Assembly (NCBI GenBank): GCA_016930515.1
Contig: JAFGGO010000007.1
Location: 1 to 22,588, forward strand
Length of the DNA: 22,588 nt
Origin: Promethearchaeota archaeon
GTDB taxonomy: Archaea > Asgardarchaeota > Lokiarchaeia > Sigyniarchaeales > SOKP01
Reading direction: 5' to 3'
Positions within the stretch are counted from its first letter, which is position 1. Every line of letters starts with the position of its first letter. The notes beneath the pieces were generated by a model, which saw nothing but the letters and a program-made list of their open reading frames with translations, had not been told where the DNA came from and did not search any database. The position numbers and the translations under genes are program-made. Positions 1 to 7,945 of the stretch are shown here, piece by piece.

Positions 1-239
1 AAATCAAGGGAGATCAGGTCATAAAAGAGTAAAAGTTAACATCAATTTCCAATATAATCCGCTTATCATTAAATAACACTCATTTTAATGAATCTTCTGG
101 AAATATGAAATTAATAGGAATTATTAGTGCCATTTTTTTAGTCCTTAAGTCCTTTTTTTGAGATATTTAAATCCTTTCTTCATATATGTAAAATATACAG
201 ATAAGTAGAAATAAAAGAAAGTAAAAGGATTTGATTTCT

Positions 240-986
240 TTATTGTTGTTCAATTTTAAATATTTTTTTTACGAATTTAGGTAATGTAAATCCAAGATAG
301 AAATGAAAAGTAATATAAACATACATGATGCGGGTAATAAGGTTAATTATTTCTATCGTGCCGAAAAGTACTTCTAATATTCCTGCTATTAGGAGCGATA
401 AAAAGGCAAAAAATAACATCTCTCCTTTTTTCTTGATAATTGGATTCTCAGATTGAACCGCTGTACGAGAAAAGATTAAACCTGGAATCACAAAAAAAAT
501 TGCAATTAAACTAAGATTTGCAATTACGATCCAGCTCCATATTGCTGAATATGGACCAATTCGAATGCCAATACTCTTATAATCAGTACTAAAATATATC
601 AAGAAGATAATTTCTAATACAATGGTAGATGTAATAGCGCTCCAAATGAATGCATTTCGAAGGGTCTTTTTTTCGTTTAATACCAATTCTCCATATACCT
701 GTGGCCATAAGAGAAAAATAGGAAGTATAAGGACGACTTTGAGCAAGAAATAGATGGGATCGGGCAACCAAACATCGTTTCCAAAAAGCAACATTGAATC
801 GAATGTAAGAGCATCGCCCCACCATGCCGTGCTTAAGAAAGTCCATGTTAATCCAACATAGAGTAATTGTTTTTCTTTGAATTTTAAGTATCGCTTGATC
901 ATAAAGGCTCCTAATAAACCAGACATTACACAAAATAATGATGTTATTAAACCTATTGCGAAATTCATTGGTGATATTGGTGTCAT
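240..986 (-). CDS. Multi-pass (~7 TM) membrane protein of unknown function, possibly a stand-alone membrane sensor-type domain
   Basis: About seven hydrophobic segments in the 240..995 ORF. First ATG is at 986 (TTG at 995 is the alternative). A TTTATATA box lies upstream at ~1034-1041 on the minus strand. Confidence 0.75.
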   Translation of the reverse strand: MTPISPMNFAIGLITSLFCVMSGLLGAFMIKRYLKFKEKQLLYVGLTWTFLSTAWWGDALTFDSMLLFGNDVWLPDPIYFLLKVVLILPIFLLWPQVYGELVLNEKKTLRNAFIWSAITSTIVLEIIFLIYFSTDYKSIGIRIGPYSAIWSWIVIANLSLIAIFFVIPGLIFSRTAVQSENPIIKKKGEMLFFAFLSLLIAGILEVLFGTIEIINLITRIMYVYITFHFYLGFTLPKFVKKIFKIEQQ

Positions 987-1205
987 TTTTAACAATTCTT
1001 TTGTCTTTTAATTTAAGATAATGGGTCACAATATATATAAACCTTTATTATAATTGAGAATAGGAGAAGATTATTATTACAAAAATGTAAGCATCCAAAA
1101 AACGATTTGAAATACTATTCAATCAACAATTCCTAAAGCCTCAACCAATTTTAAATAAGATCCTTAATTTTAAAATTCATTCAATTTAGTGCAAATTTTA
1201 ACGAA

Positions 1206-2375
1206 ATGGGGCAATTTAATAACCTTCGACAAATATTGGAGCAGCTTACTTTTCCGCGCGTTTCAGGAAGCAAATTTGAACGAAAGGCTTACGAGATGGT
1301 TAAAATTGAAGTAGAAAAAATGGACCATCGAACAGAGACGCAAGAATTTACATTTAGCACGTTTTACTCGAGAATTCTTCCGAAAATCTTCTTCACGCTT
1401 ACTTTTATCTTACTTTTATTCTTTAATACCGAAAATTACATTTTAATGGCAATTACCGCCCTTGGCATGTTCATGACGGTATTAATATCCATTAATCCAA
1501 AGGATAGCCGATTGGGAAAGAAGCTCGAATCTCAAACGCTTTACACTAGATTACCTTCTATCAAGAATGGAAGCAATATTCCTAAAAATTTTTTAGACGA
1601 ATTAAAAAAAGACTCTAAACATATTTTCCTTTTTGCTCATTTGGATTCAAAAGGTCAAAGATTGACTATTACCTTAAGAATTATTTCTTTTAGGTTATGG
1701 TTATATTCCTACATGTTAAGTTGTACGATCATTTCATTAAATAATTATGTGTTTCAAACCTTTATTTTCGTTTTCTTGATAATTATTTTTTTATCTATTA
1801 ATTTAACAGCTACCACGATGATCTTGCTGAATACTACCAACAATAAGTCTCCTGGAGCAATTGATAATGGTTCTGGCGTAGTCGTGCTACTTGATATTCT
1901 CCGTCATTTTACAAACGATGGAATTCGATTGAGTAATTACGATTTATGGTTCGTGTTTACTGGGGCAGAGGAATGTGGAACGATGGGTGCACGTCATTTT
2001 CTTAAGATAATGAGAAAAGTTCCTGAAAAGGAGAATATATTAATTGTCAATTTTGATGGCATTGCAAAGGGTGTTGATTATTACAGCGGGCTCATTACTC
2101 CAAAAAAAAATAGAGAAATATATTCGAAGTTCCAGAAAATAGCTGAAGATATAAAATTTGATTTTACTCATTCTAATAAAGTCTTTGGAATTCGATCTGA
2201 TGGATTATATCTGAAAAATAAAGGTTTTGGGGGATTTGGGTTTGGAGACAACAGGACTTATAAGTATTATCATTCGCAACACGACTCAATTGACAAGGTA
2301 AATTTTGAAATCTTAGAAAAGCTTAGTAGGTTTGTTTTTAAAGCGCTCGTTGAATTAGACAAGATACAACTCTGA
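1206..2375 (+). CDS. M28 family zinc metallopeptidase with membrane-spanning insertions
   Basis: M28 motifs AHLDS, GAIDNGSG, FTGAEE, NFD and YHSQHD, plus two hydrophobic helical hairpins inserted in the catalytic domain. Confidence 0.88.
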   Translation: MGQFNNLRQILEQLTFPRVSGSKFERKAYEMVKIEVEKMDHRTETQEFTFSTFYSRILPKIFFTLTFILLLFFNTENYILMAITALGMFMTVLISINPKDSRLGKKLESQTLYTRLPSIKNGSNIPKNFLDELKKDSKHIFLFAHLDSKGQRLTITLRIISFRLWLYSYMLSCTIISLNNYVFQTFIFVFLIIIFLSINLTATTMILLNTTNNKSPGAIDNGSGVVVLLDILRHFTNDGIRLSNYDLWFVFTGAEECGTMGARHFLKIMRKVPEKENILIVNFDGIAKGVDYYSGLITPKKNREIYSKFQKIAEDIKFDFTHSNKVFGIRSDGLYLKNKGFGGFGFGDNRTYKYYHSQHDSIDKVNFEILEKLSRFVFKALVELDKIQL

Positions 2376-2489
2376 TCCGTGTCTAAAATTTTAATTTTTA
2401 ATTTTTAATATTTTATATCTTATATCTTATAAGACTAAATTAAAAATAATTGGTCTAATTTTTACCATTAAAAACTATTTTTTTATTTA

Positions 2490-3392
2490 ATGAAAATTGG
2501 ATACACCTGTATCAATCAATCGTTAAGTTGTCGGAGTAGCAATACTTTCAGGTTAAAAAATTATAGTAAAAAAAGGTTAATTGAAGTAATCGAAGGAAAT
2601 CTAAATTGTCTCGAAAAAATTTTAACCTTTAATAAATCAAATGGGATTTATTTCTTCAGGATAACTTCAGGGCTCGTTCCTTTTGCGTCTCACTCCATAA
2701 TGGATTTCAATTGGCAAGATCATTTTAAACATCGATTTAGAGAATTGGGAACATTCGTAAAAAAGAATGAAATGCGCATTAGCATGCATCCTGGTCAATA
2801 TATTGTTTTGAATTCCACGAATCCCGCTGTTTATGAGAAATCCATCAAGGATTTAAAATATCACGTGGAGCTTCTCGACTTGATGGAACTGGATGCTAAC
2901 GCTAAAGTGCAGGTTCATGTGGGTGGTGTTTATGGTGATAAAACAAAGAGCTTGAAGCGCTTTATCAGTCGATATTATTCTCTGGAAGAAGAGATTAAAA
3001 GAAGATTGGTAATAGAAAACGACGATAAAAGCTACGCTCTACGAGACTGTATGGAAATTCATGATTCTACGAATATTCCCGTTATATTTGATGTATACCA
3101 TCACGCTTGTTTCAATTGCGGTGAAAGCATCCAAGAATGCTTTGAAGTATTTATAAAAACTTGGAAAGAAATCGATGGACTTCCAATTGTTCATTATAGC
3201 TCGCAACATCCCGACAAGGGAAAAGGTAGTCACTCCGACACGATGGATGTTAATAATTTTAGGAACTTCATAGACATGACAAAAAATTTCGACTTTGATC
3301 TAATGTTAGAAATTAAAGAAAAGGAAATCGCTGCTTTAAAGGCTTTGAAGTATTTAATAACAGATTCGCGATTAATATATAAATTATCTTAA
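2490..3392 (+). CDS. uvsE: UV DNA damage repair endonuclease (UVDE)
   Basis: MKIGYTCIN start and motifs FFRITS, RISMHPGQY, HVGGVYG, IENDD, FDVYHH, HYS, HSD and DLMLEIKEKE; 300 aa. Confidence 0.95.
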   Translation: MKIGYTCINQSLSCRSSNTFRLKNYSKKRLIEVIEGNLNCLEKILTFNKSNGIYFFRITSGLVPFASHSIMDFNWQDHFKHRFRELGTFVKKNEMRISMHPGQYIVLNSTNPAVYEKSIKDLKYHVELLDLMELDANAKVQVHVGGVYGDKTKSLKRFISRYYSLEEEIKRRLVIENDDKSYALRDCMEIHDSTNIPVIFDVYHHACFNCGESIQECFEVFIKTWKEIDGLPIVHYSSQHPDKGKGSHSDTMDVNNFRNFIDMTKNFDFDLMLEIKEKEIAALKALKYLITDSRLIYKLS

Positions 3393-3890
3393 ATTCAATT
3401 CGCGTCCCAATATAGATTCAAACTCGTCCTTAATATCTAATAATGCTTTTTTATATTGCTTTAGCTCTGGATTTTTTGGAAAATAAGAAATTGTGAAGTT
3501 AACCGAATGGTCGTTAACACAAGAAATTTTAAAAAATTTTAAACATTGTTCGAGTTGGCTCAGAAGATTTTTGTTCGAAGTCTGCGGTATTAAGTCTAGG
3601 TTAATCTCGTCGATTTTCCATCTTCCCTCTTCGGTTTTAGACATCGTGAGGTTAAACTCTTTTGGAACAAAATCTAATTTTTGAGTTAACTTTCCAATGC
3701 ATGTGTTAAGCATCGTTGCTATGCAGTTGAACACGGCCTTGTTGATGATATTTGAAGCCTCTTGGCTCAAACCTTGGCGAGTATCTATTTCTACGCATTC
3801 TTTTAATTTATTGTCACTGAATACGCACTTGTATTGATTTTCTTTATTGAATGGTATTAACTTTATGGTGGATGGCTTATCTTCAGACAT
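3384..3890 (-). CDS. OsmC/Ohr-like protein (divergent)
   Basis: AVFNC followed later by EEGRWKIDEINL and a C-terminal Cys (KISC) matches the two-Cys OsmC layout. The 3' end overlaps uvsE by 9 nt. Confidence 0.5.
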   Translation of the reverse strand: MSEDKPSTIKLIPFNKENQYKCVFSDNKLKECVEIDTRQGLSQEASNIINKAVFNCIATMLNTCIGKLTQKLDFVPKEFNLTMSKTEEGRWKIDEINLDLIPQTSNKNLLSQLEQCLKFFKISCVNDHSVNFTISYFPKNPELKQYKKALLDIKDEFESILGRELNLR

Positions 3891-3992
3891 TTTAACTCTT
3901 AAATTTCTTTTCTTTAATACATTACGAATAAAATTAAATAGTATTTTATGTTTGTTGTTTATGAAAAATAACTCTTTTTATCATTGATATTT

Positions 3993-4793
3993 ATGGCTAA
4001 CATCAGAATTGGATGTGCTGGTTGGGATTATAAGGATTGGAAGGGATCTTTTTATCCAAAAAAAATTGAAAAACTCGAACACTTAGAATTTTATGCTCGT
4101 TATTTCGATTTCGTGGAGATTAACTCCACATTTTATAATATTCCCTCAGAAAGCGCTGTAATACATTGGGGGGCGTGTGTATCAAATTCATTTCAATTTT
4201 CCGTAAAACTATGGCAAGATATTTCTCACGATCTAAACAATTCCGATTTGGAGTCTTTAGTTAGCCAATTTTTTTCCAGATTTACACCACTTGGTGATAA
4301 AATTGCTCTTTTTTTGATCCAATTTCCCGCTCGTTTTCAACATTCTGAGATTCACGAGCATTTATTCAAGCTTCTATTGAATAGCTTTCCTTCAGAATAT
4401 AAATTTGTTTTCGAATTTCGCCACGAATCATGGTTCGATTCGGATATGTTATCGAAGATATTTAAAAAAAATAACTTAATTATTGGAACAACTTATCTTG
4501 AAGGTGTTAAATCCTATTTCCATCCAAATCAAGACTTATATTATATTAGACTTATTGGAGATCGAAAATTAACTAAGTTTGATGGGATTCAAAGGAATCA
4601 ATCACTTATTACAAACGATTTAGTTAAACGCATCCATCAACTAAACAAATCCAATATTGTAAAACAAATTTTCATTGTTGTGAACAATCATTATGAGGGA
4701 TTCTCTCCCGATACTGTTAATAAAATCAAGAAGAAGCTCCAATTGCCAATTCTGTCGTTTTCTAATCAAAAAAAATTAGAAGATTTCTTTTAA
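3993..4793 (+). CDS. DUF72 (YecE-like) TIM-barrel protein
   Basis: IGCAGWDYKDWKGSFYP, VEINSTFY, LIQFP, FEFRHESW, YIRLIG and NNHYEG motifs. ATG at 3993 preferred over TTG at 3984. Confidence 0.93.
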   Translation: MANIRIGCAGWDYKDWKGSFYPKKIEKLEHLEFYARYFDFVEINSTFYNIPSESAVIHWGACVSNSFQFSVKLWQDISHDLNNSDLESLVSQFFSRFTPLGDKIALFLIQFPARFQHSEIHEHLFKLLLNSFPSEYKFVFEFRHESWFDSDMLSKIFKKNNLIIGTTYLEGVKSYFHPNQDLYYIRLIGDRKLTKFDGIQRNQSLITNDLVKRIHQLNKSNIVKQIFIVVNNHYEGFSPDTVNKIKKKLQLPILSFSNQKKLEDFF

Positions 4794-4824
4794 AAAAATG
4801 AAATGAAAAAATATTAAAAAAAAA

Positions 4825-5004
4825 TTATTTGCTTTTTTTCTCGTCTTCTTCTTTCAAGAACGAATAGGAAATCACGCTTTTTTCTTCGATTTCCAGGCTT
4901 TCAATTAAGTCTTTTAAATGACTTTTTTGGGGGTGTTGCTCCAATTCATTTTCACCTTTTACTTTTTTTTCAATTTCCAGGACAAAGACGAATTTTAATA
5001 TCAA
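4825..5004 (-). CDS. Small charged protein, 59 aa, missing from the ORF track (MILKFVFVLEIEKKVKGENELEQHPQKSHLKDLIESLEIEEKSVISYSFLKEEDEKKSK)
   Basis: Translated by hand: TTG at 5004 to TAA at 4825. GGAGA SD lies 5 nt upstream, codons are purine-rich (Glu/Lys), and a U-rich tract follows the stop. Confidence 0.65.
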   Translation of the reverse strand: MILKFVFVLEIEKKVKGENELEQHPQKSHLKDLIESLEIEEKSVISYSFLKEEDEKKSK

Positions 5005-5027
5005 ATGCGTCTCCTGTAAAAACGCAT
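5005..5027 (-). promoter_or_regulatory. Hairpin occluding the Shine-Dalgarno of the 59-aa ORF
   Basis: AUGCGUUUUU-ACA-GGAGACGCAU forms up to 10 bp including 3 G-U pairs that exist only on the minus strand. It ends immediately before the UUG start. Confidence 0.55.
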
Positions 5028-5090
5028 CAAAAATCTTAGATTCGTAGAAAATAAAACGCTAAATCCATAGAAAAGAAGTAATGAATCGCC

Positions 5091-5203
5091 AGAGACGCTT
5101 TCATGAGTTATTGACAAGTACCGTTATATGCCCATACTGGCAGGTACTTAGTTCTCATGTATTCGTGAGTGGTTGGCACCACGCACTTAAATCGTCTCTC
5201 CAT
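5091..5203 (-). ncRNA. Candidate structured RNA (three-way junction); family not recognised
   Basis: Nested stems: 5091-5097/5193-5199 (7 bp), 5165-5173/5178-5186 (8 of 9 bp, 4-nt loop), 5102-5107/5154-5159 (6 bp), 5116-5122/5143-5149 (7 bp) and 5129-5132/5139-5142 (4 bp). It is GC-richer than the flanks and begins ~25 nt downstream of a BRE-TATA. Confidence 0.65.
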
Positions 5204-5227
5204 AAATAAAACAAATCATCCATTGGA

Positions 5228-5242
5228 TATAAAATTTTCGCT
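5228..5242 (-). promoter_or_regulatory. Archaeal BRE-TATA promoter (AGCGAAAA-TTTTATA) driving the structured RNA and small ORF
   Basis: Close match to purine-rich BRE plus TTTATA. The predicted start near 5203 coincides with the 5' end of the RNA structure. Confidence 0.6.
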
Positions 5243-5258
5243 TGAAGTCCATCCCTGA

Positions 5259-5678
5259 TCAAACAATATTAGGTAATATAGCATTACTCGGACATTCTTT
5301 AAAGCATTTCAAGCACTTTGAGCACCCTATTATTTCAGAAACTTTGAATTCAATGCGTTCTTGGCCAATTTCGTCAGTGGAAATAATAAATAAGTTCTTA
5401 GGGCAAAAATCTTTTTTTAAACACATTTTGCATAATACGCACTTATCTGAATCTATTGAAAAACCATCTAAAGAACCCTCTGCTATAGAGATGACCTCAA
5501 TTGCTCCGTGTTCACAAACATCCACGCATTTTAAACATCCTTCGCATTTATCGTAATTCACGTAACGAAGTGAATTGTCGAAAAAGATGGCTTTTGGGTG
5601 ACAGCTATAGAAACATCTTTGACATCTAACGCAGAGGGAAGGATTTATCGAAATTGGAAATAATTTCTCATTTTTCAT
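5259..5678 (-). CDS. Polyferredoxin with four [4Fe-4S] motifs
   Basis: CVRCQRCFYSC, CEGCLKCVDVC, CVLCKMC..FCP and CSKCLKCFKECP. ATG at 5678 preferred over TTG at 5714. Confidence 0.9.
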   Translation of the reverse strand: MKNEKLFPISINPSLCVRCQRCFYSCHPKAIFFDNSLRYVNYDKCEGCLKCVDVCEHGAIEVISIAEGSLDGFSIDSDKCVLCKMCLKKDFCPKNLFIISTDEIGQERIEFKVSEIIGCSKCLKCFKECPSNAILPNIV

Positions 5679-5792
5679 TGTTTTTAAAGTCAAGAGCGTA
5701 GTTAGACTAATCAATCTAAAATTTTATTACATTTTAATGTTTTTAATATATTTAATAAATTGTACGATTCAGCGAAATAGAAGATATTTTTA

Positions 5793-6320
5793 ATGAAATA
5801 CGAAGCTCTTAAAAATACTGATTTTTTTAGTTTTTTTAATTTTCAAGAGTCAGAATTTTTTAATCTTTCTTTCAAGGGAATTTGCCTCAAACCCGGAGGA
5901 TTTCAAGAATATATTGATTTAATTCTATGTCTAGACAACGAGGAGGAAATCGTACAAGCCTTCCTTTACCTCGATCGAGAGTGGATTGGAAACGAGGCTT
6001 CTATAAACCCATTTGGAAAGGATATTTCAAAGAGTTTTATCGACGCCTTATATCCTAAGGATTTGAACGACGAATTTAAACCATCGTTAATAACGAGCTT
6101 GTGGAACTTAAAAGGAACGAAAGATACCATAATTTGCCTCGATAAAGTGATACAAGCCTGGGAAAATTCTGATAGCCAAGTGAAGGCGTTTTTGGATGCG
6201 TATCGGGGCTCATTAAAAGAAGTTTCAAAAAAGAATAACGATAATGTCGAGATTCGGATGAAAAATCTAATAGAAAACGGAAAAAATCGACTTTTAATAA
6301 CCATTATATTTCCAAGATGA
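5793..6320 (+). CDS. Hypothetical soluble protein
   Basis: 175-aa ORF with ATG start and normal composition, 9 nt upstream of the next co-oriented gene. No motif recognised. Confidence 0.75.
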   Translation: MKYEALKNTDFFSFFNFQESEFFNLSFKGICLKPGGFQEYIDLILCLDNEEEIVQAFLYLDREWIGNEASINPFGKDISKSFIDALYPKDLNDEFKPSLITSLWNLKGTKDTIICLDKVIQAWENSDSQVKAFLDAYRGSLKEVSKKNNDNVEIRMKNLIENGKNRLLITIIFPR

Positions 6321-6329
6321 TAAATTATA

Positions 6330-6926
6330 GTGGTATCTCTGAAAAATCTCAGGAAATGGATCATTCCTCTATTGGCTATAGTTTTTCTCGTAATATCTAT
6401 TTTCGTCTATGGATTAAGATGGTGGTTTCCACGAGATCAAATAGATTGGCAAATAATCTTATTTTTATTTACCTTCATTGCTTTATTCGAAATCACGGCG
6501 TTAATCCTAAACCCAAAGATATTAAAAAATTCTATTGATTTATTGAAAGACCAAATGGTGGTTAAAGCCCTTCAAAGGAAAGATTTAACAACATTAGTAA
6601 TAATTTTTCCTTTAACAATGCTATTCGAAGAATTATTATTCCGCTTGTTCATTTTTGTTACTTTATTCGTTAGTTTAGACCTTTTTTTTGCAACAACCAT
6701 TGGAACGCTCTCTTTTTCAATTTATCACATCCATATTTGGTTTGAGTTTAAAAATAAGAAAATTTTATCCTCTTTCATACTTTTTTCTGCATTATTGGGA
6801 TTCATTTTAAACCTGATGGTTTATTATATTGGTTTATTTGCGTGTGTTGTTATTCATCTTATTTCTGTTTTGTGGTTGTTTCAAAATATAAGCAAGAAAA
6901 TTAATCTATCCTACTCCCTGTCTTAA
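6330..6926 (+). CDS. CPBP family (Abi/CAAX type II) intramembrane glutamic endopeptidase
   Basis: FEELLFR (EExxxR), FSIYH (FxxxH) and a C-terminal VVIH motif in a polytopic membrane protein. GTG start. Confidence 0.88.
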   Translation: MVSLKNLRKWIIPLLAIVFLVISIFVYGLRWWFPRDQIDWQIILFLFTFIALFEITALILNPKILKNSIDLLKDQMVVKALQRKDLTTLVIIFPLTMLFEELLFRLFIFVTLFVSLDLFFATTIGTLSFSIYHIHIWFEFKNKKILSSFILFSALLGFILNLMVYYIGLFACVVIHLISVLWLFQNISKKINLSYSLS

Positions 6927-6967
6927 TATTGAAGAAATCTTTTTGTCGAAACGAATTTGAACTTACA

Positions 6968-6975
6968 TTTATATA
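6968..6975 (+). promoter_or_regulatory. Putative TATA box upstream of the 7030 gene
   Basis: TTTATATA about 55 nt upstream of the ATG. Confidence 0.35.
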
Positions 6976-7029
6976 GTCGAAAAGAAAAATAATATCTAAC
7001 AACAACAACGGATTTAATTGATTCATAAC

Positions 7030-7767
7030 ATGAAAAAAATAAAATCAGCAAGTGTGCTAATTATTACCTTGATTGTATTTCTTGGCATATTAACCGTGTC
7101 CGCAAGTGCAACAATGAACTTGGGAGGAGAGATTTCAATAGAGCTTTCGAGTGGAGACACGTTAACATGGAACGTTGATAGGAGGAATGCGAGTTATTTG
7201 TTAGAATTTTACAGAGGAGATACAATAAAAATGACGATTCAAGGGAAGCAAACAACTGGAAATCTTACTTATATCAAATCAAAATTGGAAGCCATAAATC
7301 CCGATTCTGGTGTTGCAACGACGATATGCTCTTCTGGAACATACGGGTTAGGCGTGGATTCTTCAGGTCCTAAAGTAATCTTCGCACTGAATTCAGACCT
7401 CTCTCAATTAGGTTTTATTGGCAGAGTCCCCTCTGAATTTGGATTGAACGATCTTGGAAACGCTTTAGAAAATACGGGCGATTGGGACGATCACTCTGTT
7501 GTATCCGGAGTTTTAAATCTGACTAATTCACTTGGCCGAAGCCTTTTGTTAGAATTAGACGCGGAAGGATTTATCTCAAGCGTGACTGCATTTTATAAAA
7601 ATATAGAAGTATTTTCTGCGTCTTTTGAATCTTACACGCCATTCGTTGAAAACTCGGTACCTAGTTACGAACTAAGCATAATAATTAGCGTTTTATCACT
7701 TGTGACAATGATTTCGGTAATAAAATATAAGATATTCAAGACTAAGAGAAAGACTGACGATTTTTAA
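7030..7767 (+). CDS. Secreted/surface protein with Loki-CTERM-like C-terminal anchor
   Basis: Signal peptide MKKIK-hydrophobic-ASA, a beta-rich body, then VPSY + TM helix + basic tail (KYKIFKTKRK). Confidence 0.8.
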   Translation: MKKIKSASVLIITLIVFLGILTVSASATMNLGGEISIELSSGDTLTWNVDRRNASYLLEFYRGDTIKMTIQGKQTTGNLTYIKSKLEAINPDSGVATTICSSGTYGLGVDSSGPKVIFALNSDLSQLGFIGRVPSEFGLNDLGNALENTGDWDDHSVVSGVLNLTNSLGRSLLLELDAEGFISSVTAFYKNIEVFSASFESYTPFVENSVPSYELSIIISVLSLVTMISVIKYKIFKTKRKTDDF

Positions 7768-7845
7768 CTTGGTATATTTTTTTTTTATTTTTTTATCTAT
7801 CTATAAATTCGTTATTCAATTTTTTTTATCAATCATAAAACTCTA

Positions 7846-7869
7846 TTCTTGATTTTAAAGAATCAAGAA
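7846..7869. terminator. Inverted repeat between convergent genes (possible terminator or protein-binding site)
   Basis: TTCTTGATT-N6-AATCAAGAA, with long T tracts at 7777-7830. Confidence 0.3.
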
Positions 7870-7945
7870 ATAATTTATCCTATATTCTTTTTCTGTCATA
7901 ATTTAGGATATTTGATTTTTAATTAATATATTATATCATAAATAA

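Noticed and set aside
1-133. Minus-strand frame from ATG 133 with two in-frame TGAs, and short plus-strand frames at the window edge
   Set aside because: No recognisable protein, and TGA serves as an ordinary stop elsewhere in the window. This cannot be resolved without flanking sequence.
2386-2432. Short tandem words (AATTTTT x3, TTATATC x2)
   Set aside because: Low-complexity AT-rich intergenic sequence, at most T-tract termination signals.
4825-5004. Resemblance of the 59-aa ORF to the C-terminal end of CYTH (CyaB) proteins (LEIE...SY)
   Set aside because: Similarity is too weak to call by eye, and no upstream CYTH remnant is visible.
5091-5203. Known-RNA look-alikes: GGAGAGAC (glycine riboswitch), GGUGCCAA (SAM-I), UGAGA (TPP), UGGCACCACG on the plus strand (T-box), SECIS and 5S rRNA
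   Set aside because: Only isolated short words match and the other obligatory core motifs are absent. No neighbouring gene has an internal Sec-type TGA.
5187-5261. Selenocysteine readthrough of the polyferredoxin TGA stop
   Set aside because: The last Fe-S domain is complete before the stop, and the extension is motif-free and overlaps the promoter.
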